Origin: a virus
Direction: 5' to 3' (one strand)
Length of the DNA stretch: 60,409 bases
Virus record (IMG/VR): IMGVR_UViG_3300031949_000038
Location: 1 to 60,409 of that record
The notes under the pieces were generated by a model. The model saw only the letters and a program-made list of their open reading frames with translations, had not been told where the DNA came from and did no database searches. Each line of letters opens with the position of its first letter. Position 1 is the first letter of the stretch. Below, piece after piece: positions 16,314 through 24,332 of the stretch. Position numbers and translations under genes: made by a program.

Positions 16314-16628
16314 ATGCTTCCTCACTCCCCCGAAAAGATCGTCGCCCTGCGGGGTGCGCGCGGCCTGAATCAATCCGAACTGGCGCGCAAGGCGGGTCTT
16401 TCATCCCCGACCGTATGGGCGCTGGAAAACGGGGAGACGAAAATGCCGAAGTTTGAAACTTTGCGTAAGGTAGCCGCGGCCCTCGGGGTGCCATTGGCGG
16501 CCATCATGGCAGCGGAGCAGCCGAGCGATATCGACGAACAGTTGATGGCCACGGCTGGCGCGCTGAAGCCACAGAACAAGGCGGCGCTCCTGGCCGCTGC
16601 AAAAGCCCTGCTCGATTCCCAGAAGTAA
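16314..16628 (+). CDS. CI-like XRE-family repressor (no peptidase domain)
   Basis: LNQSELARKAGLSSPTVWALENG HTH, flanked on both sides by the same operator motif. Confidence 0.75.
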   Translation: MLPHSPEKIVALRGARGLNQSELARKAGLSSPTVWALENGETKMPKFETLRKVAAALGVPLAAIMAAEQPSDIDEQLMATAGALKPQNKAALLAAAKALLDSQK

Positions 16629-16669
16629 GCCAGCGTTTAGGCCGCGACGCCCCTTGCTGCAATTTATTT

Positions 16670-16711
16670 TAGGCGTGCCTATTGCTTTTCTGTTTTAGGT
16701 GTGCCTATAAT
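16670..16711 (+). promoter_or_regulatory. PL-like early promoter with two operators
   Basis: TAGGCGTGCCTA (16670-16681), TTGCTT -35 (16682-16687), TAGGTGTGCCTA (16696-16707) overlapping TATAAT (16706-16711). Confidence 0.65.
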
Positions 16712-16793
16712 CCCCCAACTCGCCGTTATTCGCAGCGTCTTTCCGGGACAAGCGCGGCGGGGATTTCCGATCACAACGACAAAGGAGAATTAC

Positions 16794-17135
16794 GTGAAAG
16801 CACACATGAAAATGGTTCGTCAGGGCGATGTGCTACTGACGCTGGTCGCCGCGCTGCCGAAAGGCGCTAAGGACGTGACGCCGAATGACCGGATCGTGCT
16901 CGCGCACGGCGAGGTTACTGGCCACGCGCACGCGGTGCACGAGCCGTTGACCAAGGTCGCACCGGCGGGTAAAGCGCGCATGTGGGATGCCGGCGCCGAG
17001 CGTTTCCTGCAGGTCGTCGAGACGACGGCGCTGCGCCACGAGGAGCACGCCGCGATCACGCTGCCGCCCGGTATCTACAAGATCGGCCAGCAGCGCGAAT
17101 ACTCACCCGACGCTATTCGTAACGTCGCCGACTGA
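16794..17135 (+). CDS. Small conserved-looking phage protein (RQGDV / GEVTGHAH motifs)
   Basis: AAGGAG RBS 6 nt before GTG 16794; MVRQGDVLL...LAHGEVTGHAH. Confidence 0.6.
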   Translation: MKAHMKMVRQGDVLLTLVAALPKGAKDVTPNDRIVLAHGEVTGHAHAVHEPLTKVAPAGKARMWDAGAERFLQVVETTALRHEEHAAITLPPGIYKIGQQREYSPDAIRNVAD

Positions 17136-17141
17136 GCCGCC

Positions 17142-18671
17142 ATGAGCATCGACACAATGACGCCCGCGCAGGCGGCGCGCATGCCGGAGTGGACGAAGAA
17201 ATGGCTGGAGATCGGGCTATCGACCGAGCCGGCCGATTTCGACGCGGCGACGGAAGCGGCGCTGAAAGCCTACAAGCTCTGCAATCTCAAGCGACCGATG
17301 GTGATCCTGCGTATGGGTAGCCCGTACACTGCGACGCTTGGCGGAATCATTGCCTGGGCGATGCTGAAAGAACTCGGCAAACACCCATCACCAAAGGTGG
17401 AGTCGCAGGTGGGGTCGCAGGTGCGGTCGCAGGTGCGGTCGCAGGTGGGGTCGCAGGTGCGGTCGCAGGTGTGGTCGCAGGTGGAGTCGCAGGTGGGGTC
17501 GCAGGTGGGGTCGCAGGTGCGGTCGCAGGTGCGGTCGCAGGTGCGGTCGCAGGTGTGGTCGCAGGTGGAGTCGCAGGTGCGGTCGCAGGTGTGGTCGCAG
17601 GTGGAGTCGCAGGTGTGGTCGCAGGTGGAGTCGCAGGTGTGGTCGCAGGTGCGGTCGCAGGTGCGGTCGCAGGTGGAGTCGCAGGTGTGGTCGCAGGTGT
17701 GGTCGCAGGTGTGGTCGCAGGTGCGGTCGCAGGTGTGGTCGCAGGTGTGGTCGCAGGTGTGGTCGCAGGTGTGGTCGCAGGTGGAGTCGCAGGTGCGGTC
17801 GCAGGTGTGGTCGCAGGTGGGGTCGCAGGTGCGGTCGCAGGTGGGGTCGCAGGTGGGGTCGCAGGTGGGGTCGCAGGTGGAGTCGGGAATTTATAACGAC
17901 CGCGGCGGCGCGTTCTGGGCGTCCTGGTGCGGCTACGTTTCATTCATGCGCGATGTGCTCGGCTGGCAAGATCCAATACTAGATAAATTTGAGATCGACG
18001 AGGCGCTCACCAAATCCTGCGGCTGGGTCTGGTGGCACGAGAATGTGTTGGCGATCAGCGACCGGCCAGAAGCGCTACACCGCGACGATCAAGGCCGACT
18101 GCACAATCCAGCCGGCCCGAGCATCCGCTACCGCGACGGCTGGAGCCTGTGGCATCACCACGGCGTTTCCGTGCCGCAGCGCGTGATCGATCAGCCGGAA
18201 ACGCTCACCGTCCCGCAGATCGAGTCCGAGCAAAACTCCGAGGTTCGGCGCGTGATGCTGGAGCGCTTCGGCCAGGAGAGGTTCCTGCGCGACTCGGGCG
18301 CGATGCTGGTGCACGAGGACGAATGTGGCAAGCTCTATCGCAAGGAACTCGCCGACGATGAACCGCTCGTGATGGTGCGCGTGCTCAATCCTACGCCGGA
18401 GCAGGACGGCCAGCTTTCAGAGGCCGAGGCGCGCAAGGTGTTCGGCGACGCAGTTGTTGACGGCAACCTGTCGGAGATGGTTCGCATCGGCTTTGCGGCG
18501 AAGCTTGAGCAGCCGCGGTTCAAGGAGTATTTCCTGCGAGTTGATCCCGAGTGCAGGCCGCTGCACGCCGATGGGACGAAGGGATCGCCCCAGGCAGTTA
18601 CCGCGCGCAACGCTGTTGCCTCAACATTTGGGCTGCGCGGAGAAGAATGGGCTCCTGGGGCGCAGACATGA
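17142..18671 (+). CDS. Repeat-containing protein: N-domain, (V-x-S-Q)40, W-rich C-terminal domain of unknown function
   Basis: Single 509-aa ORF. C-terminal motifs GRLHNPAGPSIRYRDGWSLWHHHGVSVP and NSEVRRVMLERFG. Confidence 0.7.
   Translation: MSIDTMTPAQAARMPEWTKKWLEIGLSTEPADFDAATEAALKAYKLCNLKRPMVILRMGSPYTATLGGIIAWAMLKELGKHPSPKVESQVGSQVRSQVRSQVGSQVRSQVWSQVESQVGSQVGSQVRSQVRSQVRSQVWSQVESQVRSQVWSQVESQVWSQVESQVWSQVRSQVRSQVESQVWSQVWSQVWSQVRSQVWSQVWSQVWSQVWSQVESQVRSQVWSQVGSQVRSQVGSQVGSQVGSQVESGIYNDRGGAFWASWCGYVSFMRDVLGWQDPILDKFEIDEALTKSCGWVWWHENVLAISDRPEALHRDDQGRLHNPAGPSIRYRDGWSLWHHHGVSVPQRVIDQPETLTVPQIESEQNSEVRRVMLERFGQERFLRDSGAMLVHEDECGKLYRKELADDEPLVMVRVLNPTPEQDGQLSEAEARKVFGDAVVDGNLSEMVRIGFAAKLEQPRFKEYFLRVDPECRPLHADGTKGSPQAVTARNAVASTFGLRGEEWAPGAQT
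17397..17885 (+). repeat. Tandem 12-bp repeat GTGNNGTCGCAG x40 (+9 nt partial)
   Basis: Read directly. Ten invariant positions; the variable codon is one of GAG/GGG/CGG/TGG. Confidence 0.95.
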
Positions 18672-18757
18672 TCCGCGCCCGGGTTTTCACTGTGCTGTGG
18701 GCGTGTTTGGCGATAGCCATAGGCGCGTTCTTGCTGAACGCCGGGGTGTTCGGATGA
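18668..18757 (+). CDS. Micro-ORF, 29-aa TM peptide
   Basis: MIRARVFTVLWACLAIAIGAFLLNAGVFG; ATGA overlaps at both ends. Confidence 0.4.
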   Translation: MIRARVFTVLWACLAIAIGAFLLNAGVFG

Positions 18758-18984
18758 GCGTCCGCGCCCCCTACCCGAACGCGCTGATCCTGGCGCACCC
18801 CAATTTGTCCCATGCCGCGGCGCTTGAAATCTGCCACCGCGAGGGGCTGCGCATCATCCAGACGAAACGCGGGAATTACATTTACGAACCAGCGGCTCCG
18901 CAGTCTCCCGGCTTGTCCGGGTCGGGCCTTCATCCCGCACTCCCTGCTGCGGATGCTGCTGGTACTGATCCGGAGGCGGCTTAG
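18754..18984 (+). CDS. Hypothetical protein (76 aa)
   Basis: ATGA-coupled ORF. Confidence 0.45.
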   Translation: MSVRAPYPNALILAHPNLSHAAALEICHREGLRIIQTKRGNYIYEPAAPQSPGLSGSGLHPALPAADAAGTDPEAA

Positions 18985-19098
18985 ATGGACATGTTGCGCT
19001 TTTGGAATATGGTCAAAAAGACGGCCACCTATAACCCGCCGCTTGTCGCGTTTGCGCTGCTGGTGGCGATCCTGACGGCAGCAAAGCGCCTCGTATGA
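18985..19098 (+). CDS. Micro-ORF, 37-aa TM peptide
   Basis: MDMLRFWNMVKKTATYNPPLVAFALLVAILTAAKRLV. Confidence 0.35.
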   Translation: MDMLRFWNMVKKTATYNPPLVAFALLVAILTAAKRLV

Positions 19099-19340
19099 AT
19101 GCACTCGATCTCTTTCTGCGCGACAAATGTGTGGGCAAGCAGTACGACTCCTGCATTGAATCGCCATGCCTTTGGGCCAGCCGGTCCGGCTGCGCGCACC
19201 CGGACTATCCGCGGCCTGTCATCGTTCACGATTTCCGAGACCGCGGCGACCCGGGCCGCAAGGTCTACCCGACAAGCGACTGGCGCAGCTGGGAACACAA
19301 CCAGCAGCCGGAACACATTCCTGGATGTGGGCGGCGATGA
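19095..19340 (+). CDS. Cys-rich hypothetical protein (81 aa)
   Basis: ATGA-coupled ORF. Confidence 0.5.
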   Translation: MNALDLFLRDKCVGKQYDSCIESPCLWASRSGCAHPDYPRPVIVHDFRDRGDPGRKVYPTSDWRSWEHNQQPEHIPGCGRR

Positions 19341-19591
19341 ACTGCAAACTGCGCGACTCTCTTTGGGTGGCCGTGGTTCTGGTAGCCATCGGCGCCATAT
19401 CCAACCGAGACTATGACGACGCGGTAGCGCAAGAGACGCAACGGAGGCCCGCGTCAAGCGCGCCGCTGCCCGACTCGCGCTGCCGGGCAAACGACATCCT
19501 TGGCCGCCCGCTCGTCTCCAGCTACTACGCGCGCAGCGACAGCATCCAGACGCTCCACTGCGACTACGCAAAGCGGATACCGCCGCCATGA
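19337..19591 (+). CDS. Hypothetical membrane-anchored protein (84 aa)
   Basis: N-terminal TM LWVAVVLVAIGAI; ATGA coupling. Confidence 0.45.
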   Translation: MNCKLRDSLWVAVVLVAIGAISNRDYDDAVAQETQRRPASSAPLPDSRCRANDILGRPLVSSYYARSDSIQTLHCDYAKRIPPP

Positions 19592-19743
19592 GCCTTGGCT
19601 ATCGCATCATCATCCAGCTGCGCGCGTGGGCGGCCAGGAACGAGATTAAGAAGATGGCCGAATCCGGCCGCCGAAGCGTCGGACAACAAACACGATGGGA
19701 CCGCGCAAAGGTCGCGGCCATCGCAACCGGGAGAAGGAAATGA
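19588..19743 (+). CDS. Basic micro-ORF (51 aa)
   Basis: ATGA overlaps with both neighbours. Confidence 0.35.
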   Translation: MSLGYRIIIQLRAWAARNEIKKMAESGRRSVGQQTRWDRAKVAAIATGRRK

Positions 19744-20624
19744 ACGCACCAGAACGAAACGCAGTCGCTACGGTCAACGTCCCTGCGCTGGCAATGAGCG
19801 AGCATGAATTGATTACCGTCCTGCAAAACAGCCTGTACCCAGGCGCATCGCTGCCGTCCATCAAGATGGTGCTCGGCTACTGCAAGGCAGCCGGGTACGA
19901 TCCAATGCAGAAGCCGGCGCATATCGTCCCGATGTGGGATAGCAAAGCCGGCCAGATGCGCGACGTGATCATGCCTGGAGTCGGCTTGTATCGCACCCAG
20001 GCCGCGCGCACCGGGCAATTTGCCGGCATGACAGAGCCCGAGTTCGGCCCAGACGTTACGGAAACAATCGGCGGCGTGTCGGTCACTTACCCGCAATGGT
20101 GCCGAGTCACGGTTAAGCGCCAACTCGAAAACGGAACCATTGCCGAATTCACGGCGCGCGAATTCTGGAAAGAAAACTACGCGGTGAAGGGCGGCAAGGA
20201 AAAATCAGTCGCCCCGAATGCGATGTGGAACAAGCGCATTTACGGGCAGCTTGCAAAGTGTACGCAAGCGCAGGCGTTGCGTATCGCATTCCCCGAGGCG
20301 ACCGGGGCCGGCCCGACTGCCGACGAAATGGAAGGCAAGCCGCTGGATGAGGGCGTGGTAATCGAACAAGCCGCGCCGCCAAAGCCGACCGGCCCACCCC
20401 CCTACGTGGACGCCGACTTCCAGGTGGACATCAAGAAATTCGCCAAGCTGGTCGCTACCGGCAAGAAAACGCCCGAGGCGATACTGACGATGGTCAGGAG
20501 CAAGGTCGCGCCGTCTGCCGAGCAGAAAGCGGAAATCCTCGCGCTCAAGAAAGAGGAAGCGCAGCCGGTGGATGCCGAGTTTGTGCGCGACATGGAAACG
20601 GCTGAACTGGAGGGCGGGAAATGA
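19740..20624 (+). CDS. recT: RecT-family single-strand annealing protein
   Basis: LGYCKAAGYDPMQKPAHIVPMWD...GVGLYRTQAARTGQFAG...MWNKRIYGQLAKCTQAQALR. Confidence 0.85.
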   Translation: MNAPERNAVATVNVPALAMSEHELITVLQNSLYPGASLPSIKMVLGYCKAAGYDPMQKPAHIVPMWDSKAGQMRDVIMPGVGLYRTQAARTGQFAGMTEPEFGPDVTETIGGVSVTYPQWCRVTVKRQLENGTIAEFTAREFWKENYAVKGGKEKSVAPNAMWNKRIYGQLAKCTQAQALRIAFPEATGAGPTADEMEGKPLDEGVVIEQAAPPKPTGPPPYVDADFQVDIKKFAKLVATGKKTPEAILTMVRSKVAPSAEQKAEILALKKEEAQPVDAEFVRDMETAELEGGK

Positions 20625-20782
20625 GCACAACTGCGCATCAAGACAATTTATTCGGAAGCGCCATGCTTGATCCAACCGTCGCATGGATCAGCGAAAACTT
20701 GGAACCGCAAGAAGTTTTCGCTGACGATCAACTTGCCGCATGGGCCGAAGCCAACGACTGGATAAAGAAGGAACAGGAATGA
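20621..20782 (+). CDS. Acidic micro-protein (53 aa) between recT and exonuclease
   Basis: MSTTAHQDNLFGSAMLDPTVAWISENLEPQEVFADDQLAAWAEANDWIKKEQE; ATGA overlaps on both sides. Confidence 0.45.
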   Translation: MSTTAHQDNLFGSAMLDPTVAWISENLEPQEVFADDQLAAWAEANDWIKKEQE

Positions 20783-22527
20783 GCGCCGAACGCATCCTGC
20801 ACGATCTAGTCCAAGGCAGTCCCGAGTGGCACGCCTTCCGCCTCAATCACGACGGCGCCAGCGAGGCGCGGGCTGCGCTTGGCCTGCCTGGCCCGGTAAC
20901 GCGGACCGAATTGCTGCGCGCCAAGCATACCGGCATCGCCAATGAGTTCAGCGATTTTGTGCAGACGCGCATCCTTGACCGCGGGCACGAAGTCGAGGCG
21001 CTGGCGCGGCCGATGGCCGAGGAAATTCTAGACGAGAAACTGTACCCAGCCACGTATTCATACGGTCGCCTTTCGGCGTCCACAGACGGCCTGACCATGG
21101 ACGGCGTGACCGCGTTTGAGCACAAGCAATGGGCGAAAGCTCTTGCTGCAGCCGTCGAACGCGGAGAACTGCCAGACGAACACCAGCCGCAATGTCAGCA
21201 AACTATGCTCGTTACCGGCGCCGAGCGGGTGCTATTCATGGTGAGCGACGGAACGCCGGAGAACTGCGTGCATATGTTCGTCGAACCGGACAAGGCTTGG
21301 CAAAAGCGCATCGTTGCTGGCTGGAAGCAGTTCGCGCTCGACCTCGCCGCCTACCAGCCCGCCGAGGTCCTGCCGGCCGCCGTCGCCGCGCCGACGATGC
21401 AGCTCCCCGCGTTGTCCATCCAGGTCACCGGCTCTATAGCCCTGGTCGATAATCTCAAGGTGTTCGGTGAGCGCCTTGAGTCTTTCATTTCCGGGCTAAA
21501 TCTCAAGCCGGCCGACGATCAGGCATTTGCCGACGCCGAGGCAGCGATCAAGGAACTGCAAAGGGGCGAGGATGCGCTTGAGGGCGCGAAGTCGAGCGCC
21601 CTTGCCCAGACTGCCAGCATCGACGAAATGACGCGCACCGTGGCGCTGTACGCGGACCAGGCGCGCAATTGCCGGTTGATGCTGACCAAGCTGGTCAAGG
21701 ACCGCAAGGAGTCTATCCGGGTCGAGATAGTCGGCGCCGGCCGGGACGCATTCGCCGCGCACATTGCGATGCTGAATAAGCGGATTGGAAAGCCTTACAT
21801 CAATCTGCCTGTTCCTGATTTTGGCGCATGGATAAAAGGGAAAAAGTCGGTAGCCAGTTTGCATGACGCCGTTGATTCTGCACTTGCGCGCGCCAAGATC
21901 GATTCAAATGCCGTCGCCGATCGCGTGCAGATCAACCTCAGCACGCTGCGCGATCTCGCCTCGGATTACACCTTCCTGTTCTCCGATACCGCGCAGATCG
22001 TGCTGAAAGAGAATGACGACTTGACGGCGCTGGTCAAGATGCGGATTGCCGAGCATACCGCGGCAGAGGCGAAGAAACTGGAGGCCGAGCGCGAGCGCAT
22101 CCGGGCCGAGGAAGCGGCAAAGCTGGCGCGCGAGCAGGCCGAGAAAGACCGGGCGAAACAACTTGCCGATGAACAGGCAGCGCGGGCTGTCGAATTGCGT
22201 TTATCGGCAGAGGCTCAGGCCGATCGGCTCGCTAAAGAGCAGTCAGCGGCGCGGGTAGGTGGAAGCCAGGTAGAAACGACTGTGCAACCTGCGTCTGCTG
22301 CTGCACCATGCAATGATCCAGCCTGTCCTGACGAACGACGCTATGGAATCGTCCACCCGGCGCCGCTTGCTGCACCCGTTCCAATGGTGACCATCCCTAA
22401 ATCCGAATATGAGCGCCTACTCGAACGCGAAGACTGGCTGTGCTGCCTTGAGGAAGCTGGCGTGGATAACTGGTCAGGATGGGATGAGGCCATATCAATA
22501 CGCAACGAGACCAGGGAAACCGCATGA
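20779..22527 (+). CDS. YqaJ-type (lambda Exo-like) exonuclease fused to a long C-terminal extension
   Basis: GSPEWHAFRL...RGHEVEALARP...STDGL...EHKQW N-terminal domain, then about 380 aa including a coiled coil. Confidence 0.75.
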   Translation: MSAERILHDLVQGSPEWHAFRLNHDGASEARAALGLPGPVTRTELLRAKHTGIANEFSDFVQTRILDRGHEVEALARPMAEEILDEKLYPATYSYGRLSASTDGLTMDGVTAFEHKQWAKALAAAVERGELPDEHQPQCQQTMLVTGAERVLFMVSDGTPENCVHMFVEPDKAWQKRIVAGWKQFALDLAAYQPAEVLPAAVAAPTMQLPALSIQVTGSIALVDNLKVFGERLESFISGLNLKPADDQAFADAEAAIKELQRGEDALEGAKSSALAQTASIDEMTRTVALYADQARNCRLMLTKLVKDRKESIRVEIVGAGRDAFAAHIAMLNKRIGKPYINLPVPDFGAWIKGKKSVASLHDAVDSALARAKIDSNAVADRVQINLSTLRDLASDYTFLFSDTAQIVLKENDDLTALVKMRIAEHTAAEAKKLEAERERIRAEEAAKLAREQAEKDRAKQLADEQAARAVELRLSAEAQADRLAKEQSAARVGGSQVETTVQPASAAAPCNDPACPDERRYGIVHPAPLAAPVPMVTIPKSEYERLLEREDWLCCLEEAGVDNWSGWDEAISIRNETRETA

Positions 22528-22549
22528 TCCGCCTACGAGGGAAAGCTGC

Positions 22550-23017
22550 ATGTCTGTTTCTGCGCGGGCACAAGTGGCGCAAGCTGCGCAGGAAAGAATG
22601 GCAATCGGATCGCCTCAATACCGCAGTGCGCATCTGCAACCGCTGCCACATCGTTCGGGCAGTCAAGGCGCGCAAGGCGAAGGCGCAGGCATGACGATCA
22701 AACCGACTTCCGGCCCAGCGCGGACCTCGCCTGATGCGCAGCCGATCCCCGGCTCTCCTGGCACCGGCGCTGCGGCTGGAAGTCCTACGGCACTGGAAAA
22801 GTTCGCGCTCGCCTGCCTTGCGGAAAGCCGGGTAGATTTTGGCGATCTGGATGGAGGATGGATTCAGGACGCGGCAGAAGCACTCGGATTGCTGGTGCGT
22901 GTTCAGGTAACGGAACCGTGCGGCGAGAACTGCAATTGCGCAGAATGCGGGGACTTTCCAATGGACTGCCTACGGTATGCGCCTGATGTGCTTGCGATGA
23001 TTGAGGAGAAGCCATGA
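22550..23017 (+). CDS. Hypothetical protein with Cys cluster (155 aa; start uncertain)
   Basis: C-terminal CGENCNCAECGDFPMDC; alternative start at MTIKPT (22692). Confidence 0.4.
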   Translation: MSVSARAQVAQAAQERMAIGSPQYRSAHLQPLPHRSGSQGAQGEGAGMTIKPTSGPARTSPDAQPIPGSPGTGAAAGSPTALEKFALACLAESRVDFGDLDGGWIQDAAEALGLLVRVQVTEPCGENCNCAECGDFPMDCLRYAPDVLAMIEEKP

Positions 23018-23205
23018 CCGACTTCGCAGCAGCAAAGTCCCGCGCGCAGAAGATCGTCGCGTCACCAAAGGCGTACAACCGGGATAACCTCGTGCTGGCC
23101 ACGGCGTTTTTGGAGTTGGAGCGGCTGGCGAGAGCCGTCTCTGAAAGGCCGCCAGACTTTACCGCGAAGATGAAAGCCCTGCGCGACTTTCTAGGAGGCG
23201 AATGA
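23014..23205 (+). CDS. Hypothetical protein (63 aa)
   Basis: ATGA-coupled ORF. Confidence 0.45.
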   Translation: MTDFAAAKSRAQKIVASPKAYNRDNLVLATAFLELERLARAVSERPPDFTAKMKALRDFLGGE

Positions 23206-23294
23206 TGATCTGGATATTGCTTTTTATGGGAATTATATACTTGACTCCCTCGTGACTTTGCGCTATATTTAAGGCATAGTCCAAGGAGAAAACC

Positions 23295-24215
23295 ATGAAT
23301 GACAAGATCACGATAAGCACCTTTGAGTTGTTCAAGATGTTCCCCGACCAGGAGTCGGCGCGGATATATCTTGAGGGTAGGCTGTGGCCGCAAGGCGCGC
23401 GTTGCCCGATCTGCGGATTGAGCGACAGGATCACCGTCCGCGCTGGCGGCTTCTACCGTTGCAACCAATGCAAGGAAGATTTCACCGTCCGCACCGGCAC
23501 CATTTTTGAGCGGTCGCATGTTCCGCTCCACAAATGGCTCTATGCCATGTATCTGCTGGTTACGGCGCGCAAGGGCATCAGCAGCCTGCAATTGAGCAAG
23601 GAAATCGGCATCACGCAAAAGTCGGCTTGGTTCGTCCTGCACCGGCTCCGCGAAGCCTGCGGCAATGACCCCACCATCCTGAGCGGCATTGTCGAGATTG
23701 ACGAAACCTACATCGGCGGCAAGGAAGCCAACAAACACGCCAGCAAGAAGCTGAACGCGGGGCGCGGCTCCGTGGGCAAGACGGCGGTCATGGGTATGCG
23801 CGAACGTGGCGGCAGGACGATTGCCAAGCCGATTGACGCAGCGGATACCGCGAACATCCACACGGCGATTCACACGCACATTGAGGCAGGTTCGACCCTG
23901 CACACCGACGAAGCCAAAGCCTACAGCGGGCTTGTCGGACTGTTCTTCAAACATGGCACCGTCAACCATAGCGGTGGGGAATACGTCCGCGATGGCGTCA
24001 CCACCAACGGCATCGAAAGCGTGTGGGCCGTCCTGAAACGTGGCCTGACTGGCGTCTATCACCACGCCAGCGACAAACACCTTGGCCGGTACGTCAATGA
24101 GTTCACTTTCCGACTCAATGACGGGAACGTGAAGCGGCAGACTCTTGACCGCCTTAACAGCATGATTACCGCGACTGTTGGCCGTCGCATCACCTATCAG
24201 GACTTGATCGCATGA
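23295..24215 (+). CDS. IS1595-family (ISXO2-like) DDE transposase
   Basis: N-terminal Zn-ribbon CPICG...CNQC, IVEIDETYIGGK, HTDEAKAY, TNGIESVWAVLKR. Confidence 0.85.
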   Translation: MNDKITISTFELFKMFPDQESARIYLEGRLWPQGARCPICGLSDRITVRAGGFYRCNQCKEDFTVRTGTIFERSHVPLHKWLYAMYLLVTARKGISSLQLSKEIGITQKSAWFVLHRLREACGNDPTILSGIVEIDETYIGGKEANKHASKKLNAGRGSVGKTAVMGMRERGGRTIAKPIDAADTANIHTAIHTHIEAGSTLHTDEAKAYSGLVGLFFKHGTVNHSGGEYVRDGVTTNGIESVWAVLKRGLTGVYHHASDKHLGRYVNEFTFRLNDGNVKRQTLDRLNSMITATVGRRITYQDLIA

Positions 24216-24331
24216 AGAAGCCACCAGCCGCCCTAGATGCCATCGTTGACCGCGTTCTGGCCTACCGTCCGAAGCCGAAAAGCAAGCCAGCGCGGAAACG
24301 TGCGAGGCGTCGGAACAAGGCGCAGAAGTAA
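24212..24331 (+). CDS. Basic micro-ORF (39 aa) inside the IS
   Basis: MKKPPAALDAIVDRVLAYRPKPKSKPARKRARRRNKAQK; ATGA overlap with the transposase stop. Confidence 0.35.
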   Translation: MKKPPAALDAIVDRVLAYRPKPKSKPARKRARRRNKAQK

Positions 24332-24332
24332 G

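Noticed and set aside
16701-16793. N-terminal extension of the 144-aa ORF (start at 16701)
   Set aside because: It would begin inside the operator and -10 region. A strong AAGGAG RBS precedes the in-frame GTG at 16794.
17397-17885. The tandem array as a CRISPR array or as a DGR variable region
   Set aside because: Units are contiguous 12-mers with no spacers, so it is not a CRISPR array. No reverse transcriptase or template repeat exists anywhere in the closed genome, and the variation is not adenine-specific, so it is not a classical DGR.
17347-17943. 198-aa minus-strand ORF (PATP/PATA/PATT repeats) and 141-aa plus-strand ORF 17471..17896 (AGVV repeats)
   Set aside because: These are alternative frames of the 12-bp tandem array, which is stop-free in all six frames. 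Only the 17142..18671 frame connects to non-repetitive flanking domains with an RBS.
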